In this document: in pieces, positions 1 to 12,600 of the stretch
Numbering within the stretch: the stretch's first letter is position 1
Layout of the letters: each line of letters begins with the position of its first letter
From: Octopus sinensis
Taxonomy: Eukaryota
NCBI RefSeq assembly: GCF_006345805.1
Contig: NC_043006.1
Coordinates: 77,252,001-77,316,000, forward strand
DNA length: 64,000 nucleotides
Direction: 5' to 3'
The notes under the pieces: generated by a model
Databases searched by the model: none
What the model saw: only the letters and a program-made list of their open reading frames with translations
Told to the model about the DNA's origin: nothing
Position numbers and translations under genes: made by a program

Positions 1-355
1 ATCATTTATAAGATTTGCCAGTTTTTCCGAATAGTCAGACTTGTTAATCACCACTGTAGCATTTCCCTTGTCTGCTGGAAGTATTATGATGGAATTGTCA
101 CTCTGTTGCCTCCTGATAGTGAACTTTCTTCCTTAGGGATGTTTGGTTTGGGAAGTTTCGGTTTTTCTAGTACCTGTCTCACTTTCCACCTTACTTAATC
201 TCACTGAGCTTTTCGTATCTTATGGCTATCTCTTCATTGGGGGCTATTATGTCCAAGTGTGGAATGCGCTTGATGGTTATCACAAAGTTGAGACCTTTGT
301 TTAGTACTGCTTCTTCAGAGCTTTCCAGATGTCGGCTGCTTACATTATTTACTGC
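1..355 (-). mobile_element. Penelope-like element (PLE), degenerate N-terminal region of the RT ORF; runs off the window start
   Basis: Manual minus-strand translation gives AVNNVSSRHLESSEEAVLNKGLNFVITIKRIPHLDIIAP (~355-240) and IIILPADKGNATVVINKSDYSEKLANLIND (90-1). The 'VL.KGLNF' and 'PADKGN.TVV' motifs are typical of PLE RT N-termini. The frame is disrupted between the two blocks. Confidence 0.85.
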
Positions 356-494
356 TTTCAAGGTGGGTAACGGACTTCAGTTTTCATTCATTTGAAATAG
401 TGATTAAGAAGTTTATGAAATAGGTCAGAGATATATATATTTAACAAAATTACATAAAAATAGCTTGAAATACTAACGAGTAGATATATTAAAT

Positions 495-985
495 AAAATC
501 GTCATTGGCTTCAGCCATAATACCCAGAAGACTTCGGAATCTCCTGCAACTCTCCTGGACGGTCTTCTTGTTTAAGCTGGTGAATGCTACCATAATCCTT
601 GCCTTCAGGTCATCTTTGGTTTCACAAGGAATTTTGTTGATATGTCGCTCAACTGCGCACCACACATAAGTGGGTAGCAGTCTGAGGAGTTTGGTAGCCA
701 GTTGTTAGGCGGATGTGATCGCAGAAATTGTCTGATAGTTATGACTCGATTCTCTTGCCTGTGTGGTATGATCCAGAGTCATTTCGAGAGATACAGGGTC
801 CTCCAGCAGCCACCCTCTTGAACTAGGGAGGCATTACCTCCTCCATGCACTTAATGTAGGCCTCCGTATTGTGTCTAACACCGTGCGGGAAGGTGAATGG
901 AGGCATAACGTCGCCATCACTAGTGATCAGTCCGAATACTATGTTGTTGACTTATTATTTGATTTTTATCACTCTCGGTACACAT
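495..985 (-). mobile_element. Tc1/mariner-superfamily (maT/DD37D-like) transposase relic
   Basis: Minus translation with stops and frameshifts: IVFGLITSDGDVMPPFTFPHGVRHNTEAYIKCMEEV...DSGSYHTGKRIES*LSDNFCDHI..NWLPNSSDCYP..YVWCAVERHINKIPCETKDDLKARIMVAFTSLNKKTVQESCRRFR. This matches the 'D..PCHT...WPPNSPDCNPLDY.VW' catalytic C-terminal half. Confidence 0.8.
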
Positions 986-1163
986 TTTAGAGACACGGTA
1001 AGCCAAACAGTACAGCTTGTCGTTTCGAAAGTTCTGGCGTTGTTTTTCTCACAGACGATGCCCAACTGTCACTTCAATACAGGGAAGTAATCAAAATTCA
1101 AAACACGCAATGTGCCTGCGCGAAACTAAAACTCTAATACGTGGACAATTCACCAATCGCATC

Positions 1164-1172
<9 letters not shown>

Positions 1173-1195
<23 letters not shown>

Positions 1196-1241
1196 CGTGT
1201 GTGTGTGTGTGTGTGTATGTGCATGTGTGTATGTGTGTATG

Positions 1242-1277
<36 letters not shown>

Positions 1278-1278
1278 T

Positions 1279-1334
<56 letters not shown>

Positions 1335-1350
1335 GTATGTAGATAGGTAG
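1173..1350. repeat. Compound (GT)n + (ATAG)n microsatellite
   Basis: Read directly from the sequence. Confidence 0.95.
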
Positions 1351-1352
1351 GT

Positions 1353-1469
1353 CCAGTTCTATATTTAAGAGATGAGGAATTATGTACATTATTTACAGAG
1401 GACAAATATCCGTCAAATGTAAATTATTTAAAGAGGACAAATATCCGTCAAATGTAAATAATGTAAATG
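1353..1469. repeat. Short repeat fragment with a 28-bp tandem duplication and an inversion junction
   Basis: AGAGGACAAATATCCGTCAAATGTAAAT at 1397-1424 and 1432-1459. TGTACATTATTTACA (1383-1397) is the near reverse complement of 1453-1467. Confidence 0.7.
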
Positions 1470-1489
1470 AGTTAGGTTGGTAGGTAGGT

Positions 1490-1732
1490 AAATAGACGGA
1501 CGGACGGACGGGCAGACAGACAGTCGGGCAGACAAACAGACGGCCAGACAGACAGACGGCCAGACAGACAGACGGCCAGACAGACGGGTAGACGGGCAGA
1601 CATACGGGTAGGCAGTCGGGCAGGCAGGCAGGCAGGCACGCGGGCAGGCAGGCAGGCACGCGGGCAGGCAGGCAGGCAGGCTGGCAGGCAGACAGGCAGG
1701 TAGGCAGACAGACAAGCAGGCAGACAGACAGA
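1490..1732. repeat. Degenerate (CAGR/CGGR)n tetranucleotide array
   Basis: Mixed GACA/GGCA/GACG units; this array produces the PACL/SVCL ORFs. Confidence 0.9.
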
Positions 1733-2952
1733 TATTATGAGGAGAGTCAATTTTTTGTTGAACCTTTCGCCTGAATGAATGTATTCTGGACGGTTTTCTG
1801 TAAAAGCCTAATGAAATTGTAAATGGTTAATCGAGTCCCGTGAGATGTTTTCTAAATTCAAATTTTGTACACAAGTGCGCGTGTGTGTATGTGTGTGTGC
1901 ACGCCCGTCTGTGTGTATGTATGTATATATACGTATATATAATGAAATAGAAAGCAATTAATTGATGCATAGCAAAAAGTATTTACAATTAATTCTTTAG
2001 CCTTGAGATACTAATCTGTTGGGAAAATGTCCTTAGATAAAACTAACTGTTCTATTGACAAGCAACATGAGTGCATGTACATCATTGTATTATTGTACAT
2101 CGTTTTTTACAGGCGTCTGATGAAGGAGACACTGTCTTGTGCATAAGCTAATCGTTTCTATCTCCTACAATAATAATCATATCTAAGCTACAAAAATGTA
2201 ATTTGTTTTAACATGTATCACTTGATTAATATTCAGTATTATTTCATAACTATCATGAACGCCTTCTTCTCATCTAAATCGAAGCAGCATTTTTATAGCT
2301 TTACAGTGAAATATTTTATTGTGTACTTTATGGATAAAAATAAGATTATTGGCCCAGTTATACCATCCTAAATTTTAACTGGCATTTTTCGCGCAGTTGA
2401 ATTTTAAAGGAATTTTAAAGAAAAATTGTGTCCCATATTTTGTACTTTAATATCTAATGCCATAATGGATACACGTAAACAGACGCAAGTCAAAATAAAT
2501 TTTAAAATGTGTTTAGACACAAACTCACACGCTGATATGTGAGTGTGATATAATGTCGTATATTTGTATCCATTTCTAATATATTTCTAAGACATAAATA
2601 TAAGCTGTTATGTACTGATAGAATTTTGATTGCTTTTACTTCATTGGTCAAAGCAGCTCACCTTCAGAGACATAACGTCATGCATGCATCACCAAAATCT
2701 ATAATGCTATGCAGTAACTCAGATATGTTTTCGTAAATTTCAACGAAATTTTGCAATGTATTTTTCATTCAACAGCTTCCAGGCAGTCATTGGTTGTCAA
2801 TGTGTTCGGATTTTCAAAGGAAAATATGAAAAGATCTCAACACATGAGCTTAGAAACGTCATAACCTGAAAGCATTCGCATCGGGTTGAAAGGATCCTGT
2901 GTGTACTTATTAAAAATCATTTAAGCATTGACGAAATATGTTTGCTTAACAA

Positions 2953-2995
2953 ATATATATATATATTATATATATATATACACACATATGTGTAT

Positions 2996-3049
<54 letters not shown>

Positions 3050-3345
3050 TATATATATATACATATACATGTATGTATGTGTGTGTGTGTGTGTGTGTAC
3101 GTATACATATACATACATATATGTATATAAAATTACATATATAGGTACACAGATATATACATAGGTGAATAGAGGAATGTATTAATAAGTAGATATTACA
3201 TATATTTGTTGTTTCGAGAGATGTGTACGTACATAGGCACAGATAGAGTTGTGACACAAACATACACATATGCATACGTATATATGTGAGTGTGTATGTG
3301 TGAATGTGTATGTGAATGTGTGTATGTGCGCGTGCGTGCATATAT
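2953..3345. repeat. (TA)n/(TG)n microsatellite region
   Basis: Read directly from the sequence. Confidence 0.9.
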
Positions 3346-3934
3346 GTATGTATGCCTGTACGAATAAATATAAGGATGTAAGTACGTAAGTAAGTATGCG
3401 TGCATTTATTATTTAATGTATGTACGTATGCATTCATATAGTGAAAGATTGAGAGATGTGGATCTATGTTTGCCTGCATATAAGTGATTTGTTCATGCAT
3501 TCAAAACGCAACATGAAAGAGAATAAATCCTCAAAATTAATCGACTTAGTTTTTATAGAATTTTCTATAGGGTTGTGTATTTGGTGATCAAATATGTGTA
3601 GTAAAAGTATGAAGTATATTTGTTCATTCGTTATGGTTTCCCCATCACGAAATGATAAATTAAATTTGGATTGAATACGTACCAACATCTTAAATCCATC
3701 GCCCCTTACAAACATATAGACACGTCAACGTGTGTTTGTCTCTGTGCTTGTATGTGTACATATGTGTATCTTTGGGTGTATCTGTGTGTATGTGATGAAA
3801 CTATTCTTAGAAATATGGTATACAAGATCGCAGTGATTATTCAATTAATCGCAGTGCATTCCAAATATTTTCCGAACATATACGTACATTCAAAGGTACA
3901 TACGTACATATAAACATTAAATGATACACACTCA

Positions 3935-3951
3935 TGCATATATATATATAA

Positions 3952-4004
<53 letters not shown>

Positions 4005-4189
4005 TACATATATATATATATATATATATATACATACATATATATATACATACATACATATGCTGTGTGCATATATGTACATATATATATATATACACAT
4101 ACATGTACGTTTGTATATATATTATATATATTCATATGTGAATATACATATATCTATCCATCTATCTATCTCTCCCTCTCTCTCTCTCC

Positions 4190-4246
<57 letters not shown>

Positions 4247-4276
4247 TACACATAGATACACACACACCTATATATA

Positions 4277-4348
<72 letters not shown>

Positions 4349-4405
4349 CACACATACACACACATATGCACAAACACACACACACACACACACACAAACA
4401 TATAT
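3935..4405. repeat. (TA)n/(CA)n microsatellite region
   Basis: Read directly from the sequence. Confidence 0.9.
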
Positions 4406-4407
4406 AA

Positions 4408-4627
4408 GGCGGTGAGCTGGCAGAAACGTTAGCAAGCCGGGCGAAATGCGTAGCCGTATTTCGTCTGCCGTTACGTTCCGAGTTCAAATTCCGCCGAGGT
4501 CGACTTTGCCTTTCATCCTCTCGGGGTCGATAAATTAAGTAACAGTTACACACTGGGGTCGATATAATCGATTAATCCCTTTGTTTGTCCCCCCTGTGTT
4601 TAGCCCCTTGTGGGTAGTAAAGAAATA
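4408..4627 (+). mobile_element. tRNA-derived SINE, family A (near full length)
   Basis: GGCGGTGAGCTGGCAGAAACGTTAG...GAGTTCAAATTCC (B-box-like)...CCTTTCATCCTCTCGGGGTCGATAAATTAAGT...TTAGCCCCTTGTGGGTAGTAAAGAAATA. Many copies occur in this window. Confidence 0.9.
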
Positions 4628-5259
4628 TATATGTATATAGTTCGGCGCACTGTAGTGAAAGTGACTCACTATCACTCAATATCAATATACAGTTTTATGC
4701 ATGGGATTTATGAAAGTTAATAAGTACCAAACATAGAATTGTCACGCCCTCCCCTCATGAGATACGTTTATAACTTCCTGATGATTACAATAATAAACAA
4801 TATATTCTCATGTATTGAGAGATGTTAAAGTTCTTTGACGATGAAAACATACATACAAGCACACATACGTAAGCATACACACACACTCATACACACTCGC
4901 ACACAGATACACTCACACATGTACGCAAATAAATATATACATACAAATAAATATGTAGGTATGTATCTGAGTGCGTGAGTATGTGTGTGTGCTTTCTATG
5001 TGTTAAATTTATTAAAAACACGACTATGTTCTTGATCGCTTGTTTCAAACTTGTATTTTTTTTTGTTTTTACATAAGAAGACAGTGAGTATATAATGTTT
5101 GTGAATGATTCCCTTTGAGATGGGCTAGAAGGTTCAGCTCACTTGAATATGCGCCAAGCTAATCTAAATTTTCAAATTTGATAATTCTTGAGGTTATTTA
5201 TTTAGAAATTCTAAAAATATTCCCTTTCTATATTAATGATGGCAACAATAAGAATAATT

Positions 5260-5460
5260 CTTTCTGCTATAGGCACAAGGCCTGGATTTTTGTGTGGTAT
5301 TATAGCGACCTCATTGCTTGATTGGTACTTATTTTATCGAGCCCAAAGGGAAGAAGAGTAAATTCGACGTCGACAGCATTTGAACTTAGTACCGAAAGGT
5401 GGACAAAGTGCTGCTAAATAATTTATCCCGCGTACAAACAATTCTCCCAGTTCGCCACCT
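5260..5460 (-). mobile_element. Degenerate SINE family A
   Basis: TGGTACTTATTTTATCGAGCCC...TTTGAACTTAG...CAGTTCGCCACCT is a diverged reverse complement of family A. Confidence 0.65.
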
Positions 5461-5489
5461 TACTACTACTACTACTACTACTACTACAT

Positions 5490-5563
<74 letters not shown>

Positions 5564-5688
5564 GCTACTGCTGCTGCTGCTACTAATAATACTGCTGCCG
5601 CCTTCAGTAATCATAATAATAATAATAATCAGAATTATTATTATTATTATTGTTGTTGTTATTATTATTATTATCACTATTATTATTA
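5461..5688. repeat. (TAC)n and (TAT/AAT)n trinucleotide microsatellites
   Basis: Read directly from the sequence; source of the poly-T/poly-S ORFs. Confidence 0.95.
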
Positions 5689-6094
5689 ATACAAACGAAA
5701 TGACAGCATTTTTGGATAGGCAATAAAATTTATCAATGCAAATGTATTCTAACGACATTAACGTCGTTGAAAAATCGCAAGATAAAACTCGAACACAGAA
5801 ATTAGTAAAAGACCGGAAACATTTTCACTGACTCCAATAGATTTGTTTGTGAAAATAAGAATGTTAGAATTCTTAGAAAACCATGTATTTTGAACGGTGT
5901 TATTTTTCTTTTTCTGTCAATATACCCTAGTGCTAGAGTGATGTTTACGTAATCAACACCAAGAAGCAACGCCGACGTAACATGAATTAGAAATCAGAAC
6001 AGTTAAAGCGAGGCATCTATTCAGGACCTGTTCTCTTTCCAGCACACTGACAATTTCTTTCAGCTCGATTCCTTAGTAACTACAAAACAAACAA

Positions 6095-6604
6095 CACCAA
6101 ATTAATATTAGAAATATTGAATTTCTAAATGTCTCAAAGAGACATGAGTCTTCGCAAATATATCTATTTACAGTGAAATCTATGGGCTATATAGCTGTGG
6201 TGTAATTCCCTCTACGGGACTGTCACGTTATGTTGACATTATACAACCACTCTATCGCTCATATCTCTTTGAGACATTTACAAAATCAATATTTCTAATT
6301 ACGGTTACCAGTGAATAGATTTCACTGTAAATAGATATATTTGCGAAGGCTTGGCAAGTATCACCGCTAGCGGGGACTCGCTATCCTGGACTGATGACGG
6401 GCAAGACCCAGAAGCATGTATGTCTTCAGGTTGCTAGTCCTAGCTGGTTGGGGTGCTTGCGTCCCCTTTGCAAATATAAGGACATAGTAAATGTGTCAAA
6501 GCCCACAGGAAGCGTCGATGCTTCCTAGGGCTATATAGCGGTGGTGTAATTCCTTCTACGGGACTGTCACGTTATGTTGAATTTATACAACCACCAAATT
6601 AATA
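6095..6604 (+). mobile_element. Short hammerhead-containing Penelope-type/retrozyme-like insertion with a 13-bp TSD
   Basis: TSD CACCAAATTAATA at 6095-6107 and 6592-6604. A ~67-bp direct repeat at 6184-6250 and 6528-6594 (period 344). Inverted copies: 6107-6148 vs 6258-6299 and 6147-6183 vs 6315-6351. Hammerhead motif at 6385-6430. Confidence 0.8.
6385..6430 (+). ncRNA. Type I hammerhead ribozyme motif (variant, probably impaired)
   Basis: CCTGGA-CTGATGA-C-GGG-CAAGA-CCC-A-GAA-G-CAT-GT-ATG-TC-TTCAGG. Stem I is CCTGGA/TTCAGG, the CUGAUGA core is intact, stem II is GGG/CCC, stem III is CAT/ATG and the site is GUC. A15.1 is G and the stem II closing pair is C-A. Confidence 0.7.
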
Positions 6605-7290
6605 GTTACAATAAAACTGAAGTTAAAATATGGTCATTGATGTTATTGTAGATCAGGTATTCTGAGACTAATGACTGTAAAACAATTAAACCTGGTACCG
6701 TATACTATTCTCCCTGTCCATTGTTTTCGTTAAGCCATTAATAACAGCATTGAAATGTTCTGTTTTCACTTTACTGTTTCTTCCTGTGACAACTAGTTTA
6801 TATCTGACAGACTGTTCAGTTAAACTATCATCTCTTTTAGGTCATTATACTACACAGTTTTAGTTCTCGCCGAATTTAGGTTTGCTACTATTTATTATTA
6901 TGTGTAGCGGTTGTTGAATACATGCCAATGTTCTTCGCAACTCTCTTCGTAATCGTGTATCGAAATTTACTGCACACTGCCACAAAGCCCAACAGCATGA
7001 ATGTAGAAAGGTGTAATTACAGAAAAATGACACGGAAAAAAAGGCATCGCCATCGGCCATAACCGGTCTTTGAACAACTTTCAAAATTGTTAATGATGTT
7101 TATCACAAATGTCCTTCAGTAGAAGTGTTATAAATTGTCTGGGTTGTATGCCATTACGTATCTTTGTATAAATGCTTAACTTGTCCTAATATATTATTTT
7201 ACATTTTGGCCACGTTTATAAACACACGGCGTATAATCTGCCTGTTGGGTGACAATTTTCGTACTGTATTTGCAGCCAAAAAATAATGGA

Positions 7291-7294
7291 TAAC

Positions 7295-7355
<61 letters not shown>
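7291..7355. repeat. (AAT)n microsatellite
   Basis: Read directly from the sequence. Confidence 0.95.
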
Positions 7356-7361
7356 TTTTCA

Positions 7362-7655
7362 TTTTTTATGCGCTCTTTTCAAGCCTAGCCAGGTTGATAG
7401 GCCCGGTTTCCCGGGTTCTATGACGTATGCCCACCTCCCATTTCCCAGCTGGACGGGACGCCAGTCCATCGCAGCGTTATTCAAGAAACAGGAACAAAAA
7501 AGTGAGAGAATGTTGGGGCGAAAGAGTACAACTGGGGGTCGCCACCACCCCTCGTGGAGCTTTAGGTGTTTTCGCTCAATAAACACACAAAACGCCCAGT
7601 CTGGGATTCGAAACGGCGATACCGCTGCCCTAACCACTGGGCTATTGCCTCTCCA
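7362..7655 (-). mobile_element. tRNA-derived SINE, family C
   Basis: The reverse complement has a tRNA-like head (CCCAGTGGTTAGGGCAGCGG...GTTTCGAATCCC) and a GATGGACTGGCGTCCCGTCCAG block; related to 8565-8862. Confidence 0.75.
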
Positions 7656-7690
7656 AAAATAACAACAACAATAATAATAATAACAATAAC

Positions 7691-7752
<62 letters not shown>

Positions 7753-7767
7753 TAATAATAATAATTA

Positions 7768-7925
7768 ATGTCCCATTGTAGCTGACAATATTGGCAATAT
7801 CTGATCACAAGCAGAAGTAGTGGGATAGCATCATAACCATGTGCTTAGAGGAATTCTTTGGGGTTTGAATAATTTACCTCTGGAAACGCGTGTTTCGTTC
7901 AACATCCTTAAACAACCCTTATTCG
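7768..7925 (+). mobile_element. Internal fragment of the (AAT)n-flanked repeat family seen at 38715-39261
   Basis: GCAGAAGTAGTGGG..AGCATCATA.CCATGTG...GTTTCGTTCAACATC.TTAAACAA.CCTTATTC is shared with ~38890-39045; preceded by (AAT)n at 7659-7766. Confidence 0.75.
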
Positions 7926-7932
7926 CGGAGCT

Positions 7933-8121
7933 TTTGACTGTGGCCATGCTGGAGCACCGGGTTTAGTCGAGTAAATCGACCCCAGGACTTATTCTTTGTA
8001 AGCCTAGTACTTATTATATCGGTTCTTATGCCGAACCGCTAGGTTACGGGGACGTAAACACACCAGCATCTGTTGTCAAGCGATGTTGGGGTGGGGCAAA
8101 CACACACACACACACACACAC

Positions 8122-8168
<47 letters not shown>

Positions 8169-8320
8169 CGGCCGGCTTCTTTCAGTTTCCGTCTACGGAG
8201 TCCACTCACAACGCTTTGGTCGGCGCTAGGCTATAGTAGAAGAAAAGATGCCACGCAGTGGGAATGAACTCGGAAATATGTGGTTGTTAAGCAAGCTACT
8301 TACCACACAGCCACTCCTAC
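7933..8320 (-). mobile_element. CORE-type tRNA SINE, family B, with an internal (CA)n(TA)n tract
   Basis: The reverse complement begins GGAGTGGCTGTGTGGTAAGTAGCTTGC...GAGTTCATTCCCACTGCGTGGCA; same family as 42617-43015 and 47870-48262. Confidence 0.85.
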
Positions 8321-8365
8321 ACTTTATATAGCTTATATTCTTTGTTGTATTTGTACATCTTTGTC

Positions 8366-8497
8366 ATTATCGTCGTCATATTTTAAGCTCCGCCTTCCAT
8401 GCTGGCATGTGTTGGACGGTTTGACAGAAGCTGGTCAGGCAGGAGCCTGCACCAGACTGCTGTGTTCGTTTTAGCGAGTTTTTACGGTTGTATGCCA
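8366..8497 (-). mobile_element. 3' tail fragment of an RTE-type element
   Basis: TTCCATGCTGGCATGTGTTGGACGG is the reverse complement of the CCGTCCAACCCATGCCA.CATGGAA tail at ~56535-56560. Confidence 0.65.
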
Positions 8498-8564
8498 TAT
8501 ATGTATTTATTTTCTGAGAATTGTTGTCGGGCACGGAGTATATATTTTACCTATGTGTATATTT

Positions 8565-8862
8565 TGTTCTTTCTCGAACCATGCCTGGCTCTTAAGGGCC
8601 GGTTTCCCGGTTTCCTTGGCGTATAGGTTCCCCACCTGGACAGGACGCCGGTCCGTCGCTGGTGAGCTGCAAGATGCAGGAGGAAAGAGTGAGAGAAAGT
8701 TGTGGCGAAAGAGTCAGAAGAAGTTCGCCACTACCTTCTGCCGGAACCGCGTTGAGCTTAGGTGTTTCGTTCATAAACACACACATCGCCCGGTCTGAGA
8801 TTCGAAATGGCGATCCCTCGACCGCGAATCCGCTGCTCTAACTACTAGGCCACGTGCCTCCA
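8565..8862 (-). mobile_element. tRNA-derived SINE, family C (near full length)
   Basis: The reverse complement reads GGAGGCACGTGGCCTAGTAGTTAGAGCAGCGG (A-box)...TTCGAATCTCAG (B-box)...GACGGACCGGCGTCCTGTCCAGG. Confidence 0.85.
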
Positions 8863-11800
8863 CACCTAAGTGTATATGCGACCGTGGCGTTAGTATCTTC
8901 CTTGGATATCTTTAGAAGGTCAGCCCAAATTGCATGTCGCTAGCAAGTGTATCAACTACAGTAGTGTTAGCATTAGCAAAGAGGACATTAGTTTTAGTAC
9001 CCTGATCGACAACCACACGAAATAAATTAGTTTGTTGCAGGTGAGAGATTATTGCTATAAGGAAAGAAGCAGTATGTCTATACATCGAACTCGGTCAAGC
9101 AGTCTGCAACACTTATTCTAACAAAAGCTAGTACCGCTACCAGAATCACTTCTGTGTACGCTCATATATACATCAAATGATGAACTTAACATTGCTTACG
9201 TCACCAGTATAATTATTTATCACGATCGCAGCAGTTAGCATTATTATAACTATCAACATCACCATCTCTATTGCTACCATAGCCACCACCACCTCGGCCC
9301 TTAATACTTCCCTGTTTTCGCCACCCTTATTCTCATTTGTCAAACGCCACAGACAAATCAATGCCAACAGCGTCATAACCAACATATTTGCTAAATGATA
9401 GTAATTTACTCAATAAATACAATGAATTGTGCACAATATAACACCTTAATGAATCGCACTCTCGTAGTTATACGATGACTTATTGTCGTCCGTTCCGCAA
9501 TTACCAGTATTCTATTGAATTTCTGACCGTCTGACCAATCTACTTCATCAAACCACGATACATGACTCCTCTTCACAAACACCAGGCTATACATAATATG
9601 AAGCAGACAGAAATCTAATCTTAAAAGCAATTTCCTTCGCTCCACACGCTTTCAAACAACATCAAGAATTTTCACTCTGTACGCGAAAATGCCACACGGA
9701 GTCTGAACGGAAGCATGTGCCATGATTTCACTAACTGCTTTAGTTAACCTTGCATTCGGACCAAATATATATGCCTACTTGAACCTCCCACACATCATTC
9801 AGCTGATTGTTGTCATTGTTCTAACTAAGGTATGGAGCTGAAAGACTCATGTGCACACTGGGCAGTAGAACGGGTTCTGACTATATACTTTGCTCAATGT
9901 ATTCTAATTTCAAATTAATTTTAGGTTGGCATTACTTGGCGTTCATTACATAAACGTCATCACATAATCGTGTTAAACGTTGGTGCATATTAGCAACAAA
10001 ATACGTTCAAAATGCATGGATTCCTACGGATTCTAAGTAACGACAGTTGAGAAAATGAGCGTGTGCCAGCACTCAGATATACATCTTTCGGTTGATTACA
10101 CTGAAGCAACAGGAAATAAGCTGCTTCGCTCAACAATATATTGTTTAACGTGGCTGAGGAGTCGAAGTACGACATAATGATTGTTGGAAAGAGCTTGAGC
10201 ACTGGATGGTGCATCTTCAGAAACACTGCCCTAAACCACACAAAAGCATTATTCCGAAGCTAGTCAATATATAAATCGTTGAATCTTATTCTTTAACTCA
10301 GAAGACATTCACACATCGCATCTCTTTTCGTCTCTAACATTTTCATTCTATGAGGTACGTAAGAGATATTGATTGTTCACTGAAGACTGACAATTGCTTT
10401 CGCTACTGGTTGTCATTTGTGATAAAATCTTTATTCCTTGAGGAAGCTTATATTTCTCAAAGCTCTCATACAAGAGAAGGCCCCGTTTTGTTTTATTAGT
10501 TGCCATCCAAAAAACTTTTCAGTCTTATAGAATTCTCAGAGTAGAGTACTTTGACTATTTACAACGCCTATGAGATTATAAATTGCATCTCAGCATCTCA
10601 CTTCATTAAAGACCATTTTCTCGAACCCCACTGAACTGTTGCATAAGTTCTGATCATCTGGGACCATATAAGCCAAGAAATACAACAGCTCCAATCACAA
10701 CAATTTGTTTTATCCACAAAATTTTATCAGCTGAAAAAAATGTGCAGTCACAATTAACTTTTAATTCCCTGTTTCGGGAGATATGAACCCCTCTATGCAA
10801 ATATTACCCTAGACTTCACATTGAAGCTCAAGGATTAATAATCACTTCTCAATACATCGCAGGAACTATTCTGCCCCGCTCCAAATTGCCTTTGCTCCAC
10901 ACCACGCGCCTCAAAACAGCTCCAAAAATTGTCACACTATATGCAAAAATGTGGCAGGGAGCAATAATGGAATTATGTAGCATGATTTCAGTAACTTATT
11001 CTTTAACCCAGAACACATTCCCACGTTGCATCAGTTAATTTTTCATCTCCAACATTTTTATTCGAAAGCCTAATTTTCTTATAAACAATCTGATGACAGC
11101 GCTTTGCTCAGAATCTTTAGGGCGCTGGACAAAATGGTGGGTTGTATACGTTCCGCCGAGAGGAAATTTAACCCTTACGGAGGTGAATGCAAAAAGAATA
11201 AAAAAATAAAGCCTTGAGATATCTGTCAAACAATATCGACCATTAAGGAAATTGTTTACTGTCGTACAACATTTGCGGCGTGATCAAGGATGCTGACATG
11301 TGTGGGCAATTGTAAGTCTTTAAAGAGAGATGTTTACTCATACTTTGTGCATATAGATGAAGAAACATGACAGACGGAGGCCTAGTATTTCGGACCGTTC
11401 ACTTTTGTATACGGCAAGCATATTAAACTATCATACGGAACAAAGTATCGCTTCACATCCGTCATATCACTCTGCCGAATCATCAATGTAATCGCTAAAC
11501 TTACTAGAAACAACACCAAATTATTCATTACCCTCCAATCTACCACATCCTTACATCTCAAAGAGAGAAAGAGAGAGAGGAAGTACAGATTTCGTGATGT
11601 AGACCAAGATATGATAAATACACATAAAAATTAAGCCGTGCTTTCATCACTGGAACAAAAATAAACAGTGCCTGCATAAGTCTAAAGAGAATGAATGATT
11701 ACTACATCAATAATATGCAGATCATTGCAAAGGCACGCTACATAACTTTAGAATGCGACAGCCAATAAAGTATACGCAGAAACAAAAATGACATATCTAA

Positions 11801-12324
11801 GTCAAACATCATCCTCACATACCCCCACACATCTGTGTCCTTTATATGTGAGTCAAATGCCCATCTAAACAGAGAAGTAAGCAATTATTTCATCATGAGA
11901 TACTTAGCAGAAATCAGCAGACGAGATGACCTTAAAACCGCTATCACCTACTTAATATTAACAAGGTAATAATGATGTGGGCGGTAATGACTGCTGTACG
12001 GAAGGCTGCTGGGTTTTGAGGTAAAAGCAATGGGAAAACAAAAAGAACTTAAAATATTCAAAACTATATTATTCGGTATTTGATCTTATTCATTAGACAG
12101 TGGCCATTCTGGAGTGCTGTCTTCAACTACGTGTTTTAATTCTTCGTTGGATATTAGTCTTAAATTATCGACTTTTGATCTAATACTATGAAAGTATGAG
12201 GTCAAAGTTGGTGCCACATGTATAGATATATAAATTTGATTCGACTACCAGTCAATCATGCCTCAAATCATCTGTGACATACTTTAGTTTCATGGGTTTC
12301 TGTTACATCTTACGGCCCTGCGAC

Positions 12325-12480
12325 TGGATTTGGTAGTAGGAAACTGAAAGAAGCCTGTCGCATTAGTACTAGGCTTTAAAAAAAGTAAGTACTGGAATCC
12401 AATCATTCAACTACAAATTCTTTAAGGCGATTCCCCAGCATAACCGCAGTTTAATGACTGACACACGTAAAAGGAGAAAT
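12325..12480 (+). mobile_element. Partial SINE family B
   Basis: GGATTTGGTAG..GGAAACTGAAAGAAGCC.GTCG and AGTACTAGGCTT...CCCCAGCATAACCGCAG..AATGACTGA. Confidence 0.6.
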
Positions 12481-12522
12481 ATACAATATATATATATATT
12501 ATATATATATATATATTATATA

Positions 12523-12598
<76 letters not shown>

Positions 12599-12600
12599 TA

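Noticed and set aside
6860-10241. Unique-sequence ORFs at 6860, 9406 and 9990
   Set aside because: They are short, with no recognisable motifs and lengths compatible with chance.
11089-11116. Isolated CTGATGA here, also at ~4779, ~20753, ~56804 and ~61164
   Set aside because: No stem II plus GAAA plus stem III geometry; expected by chance.
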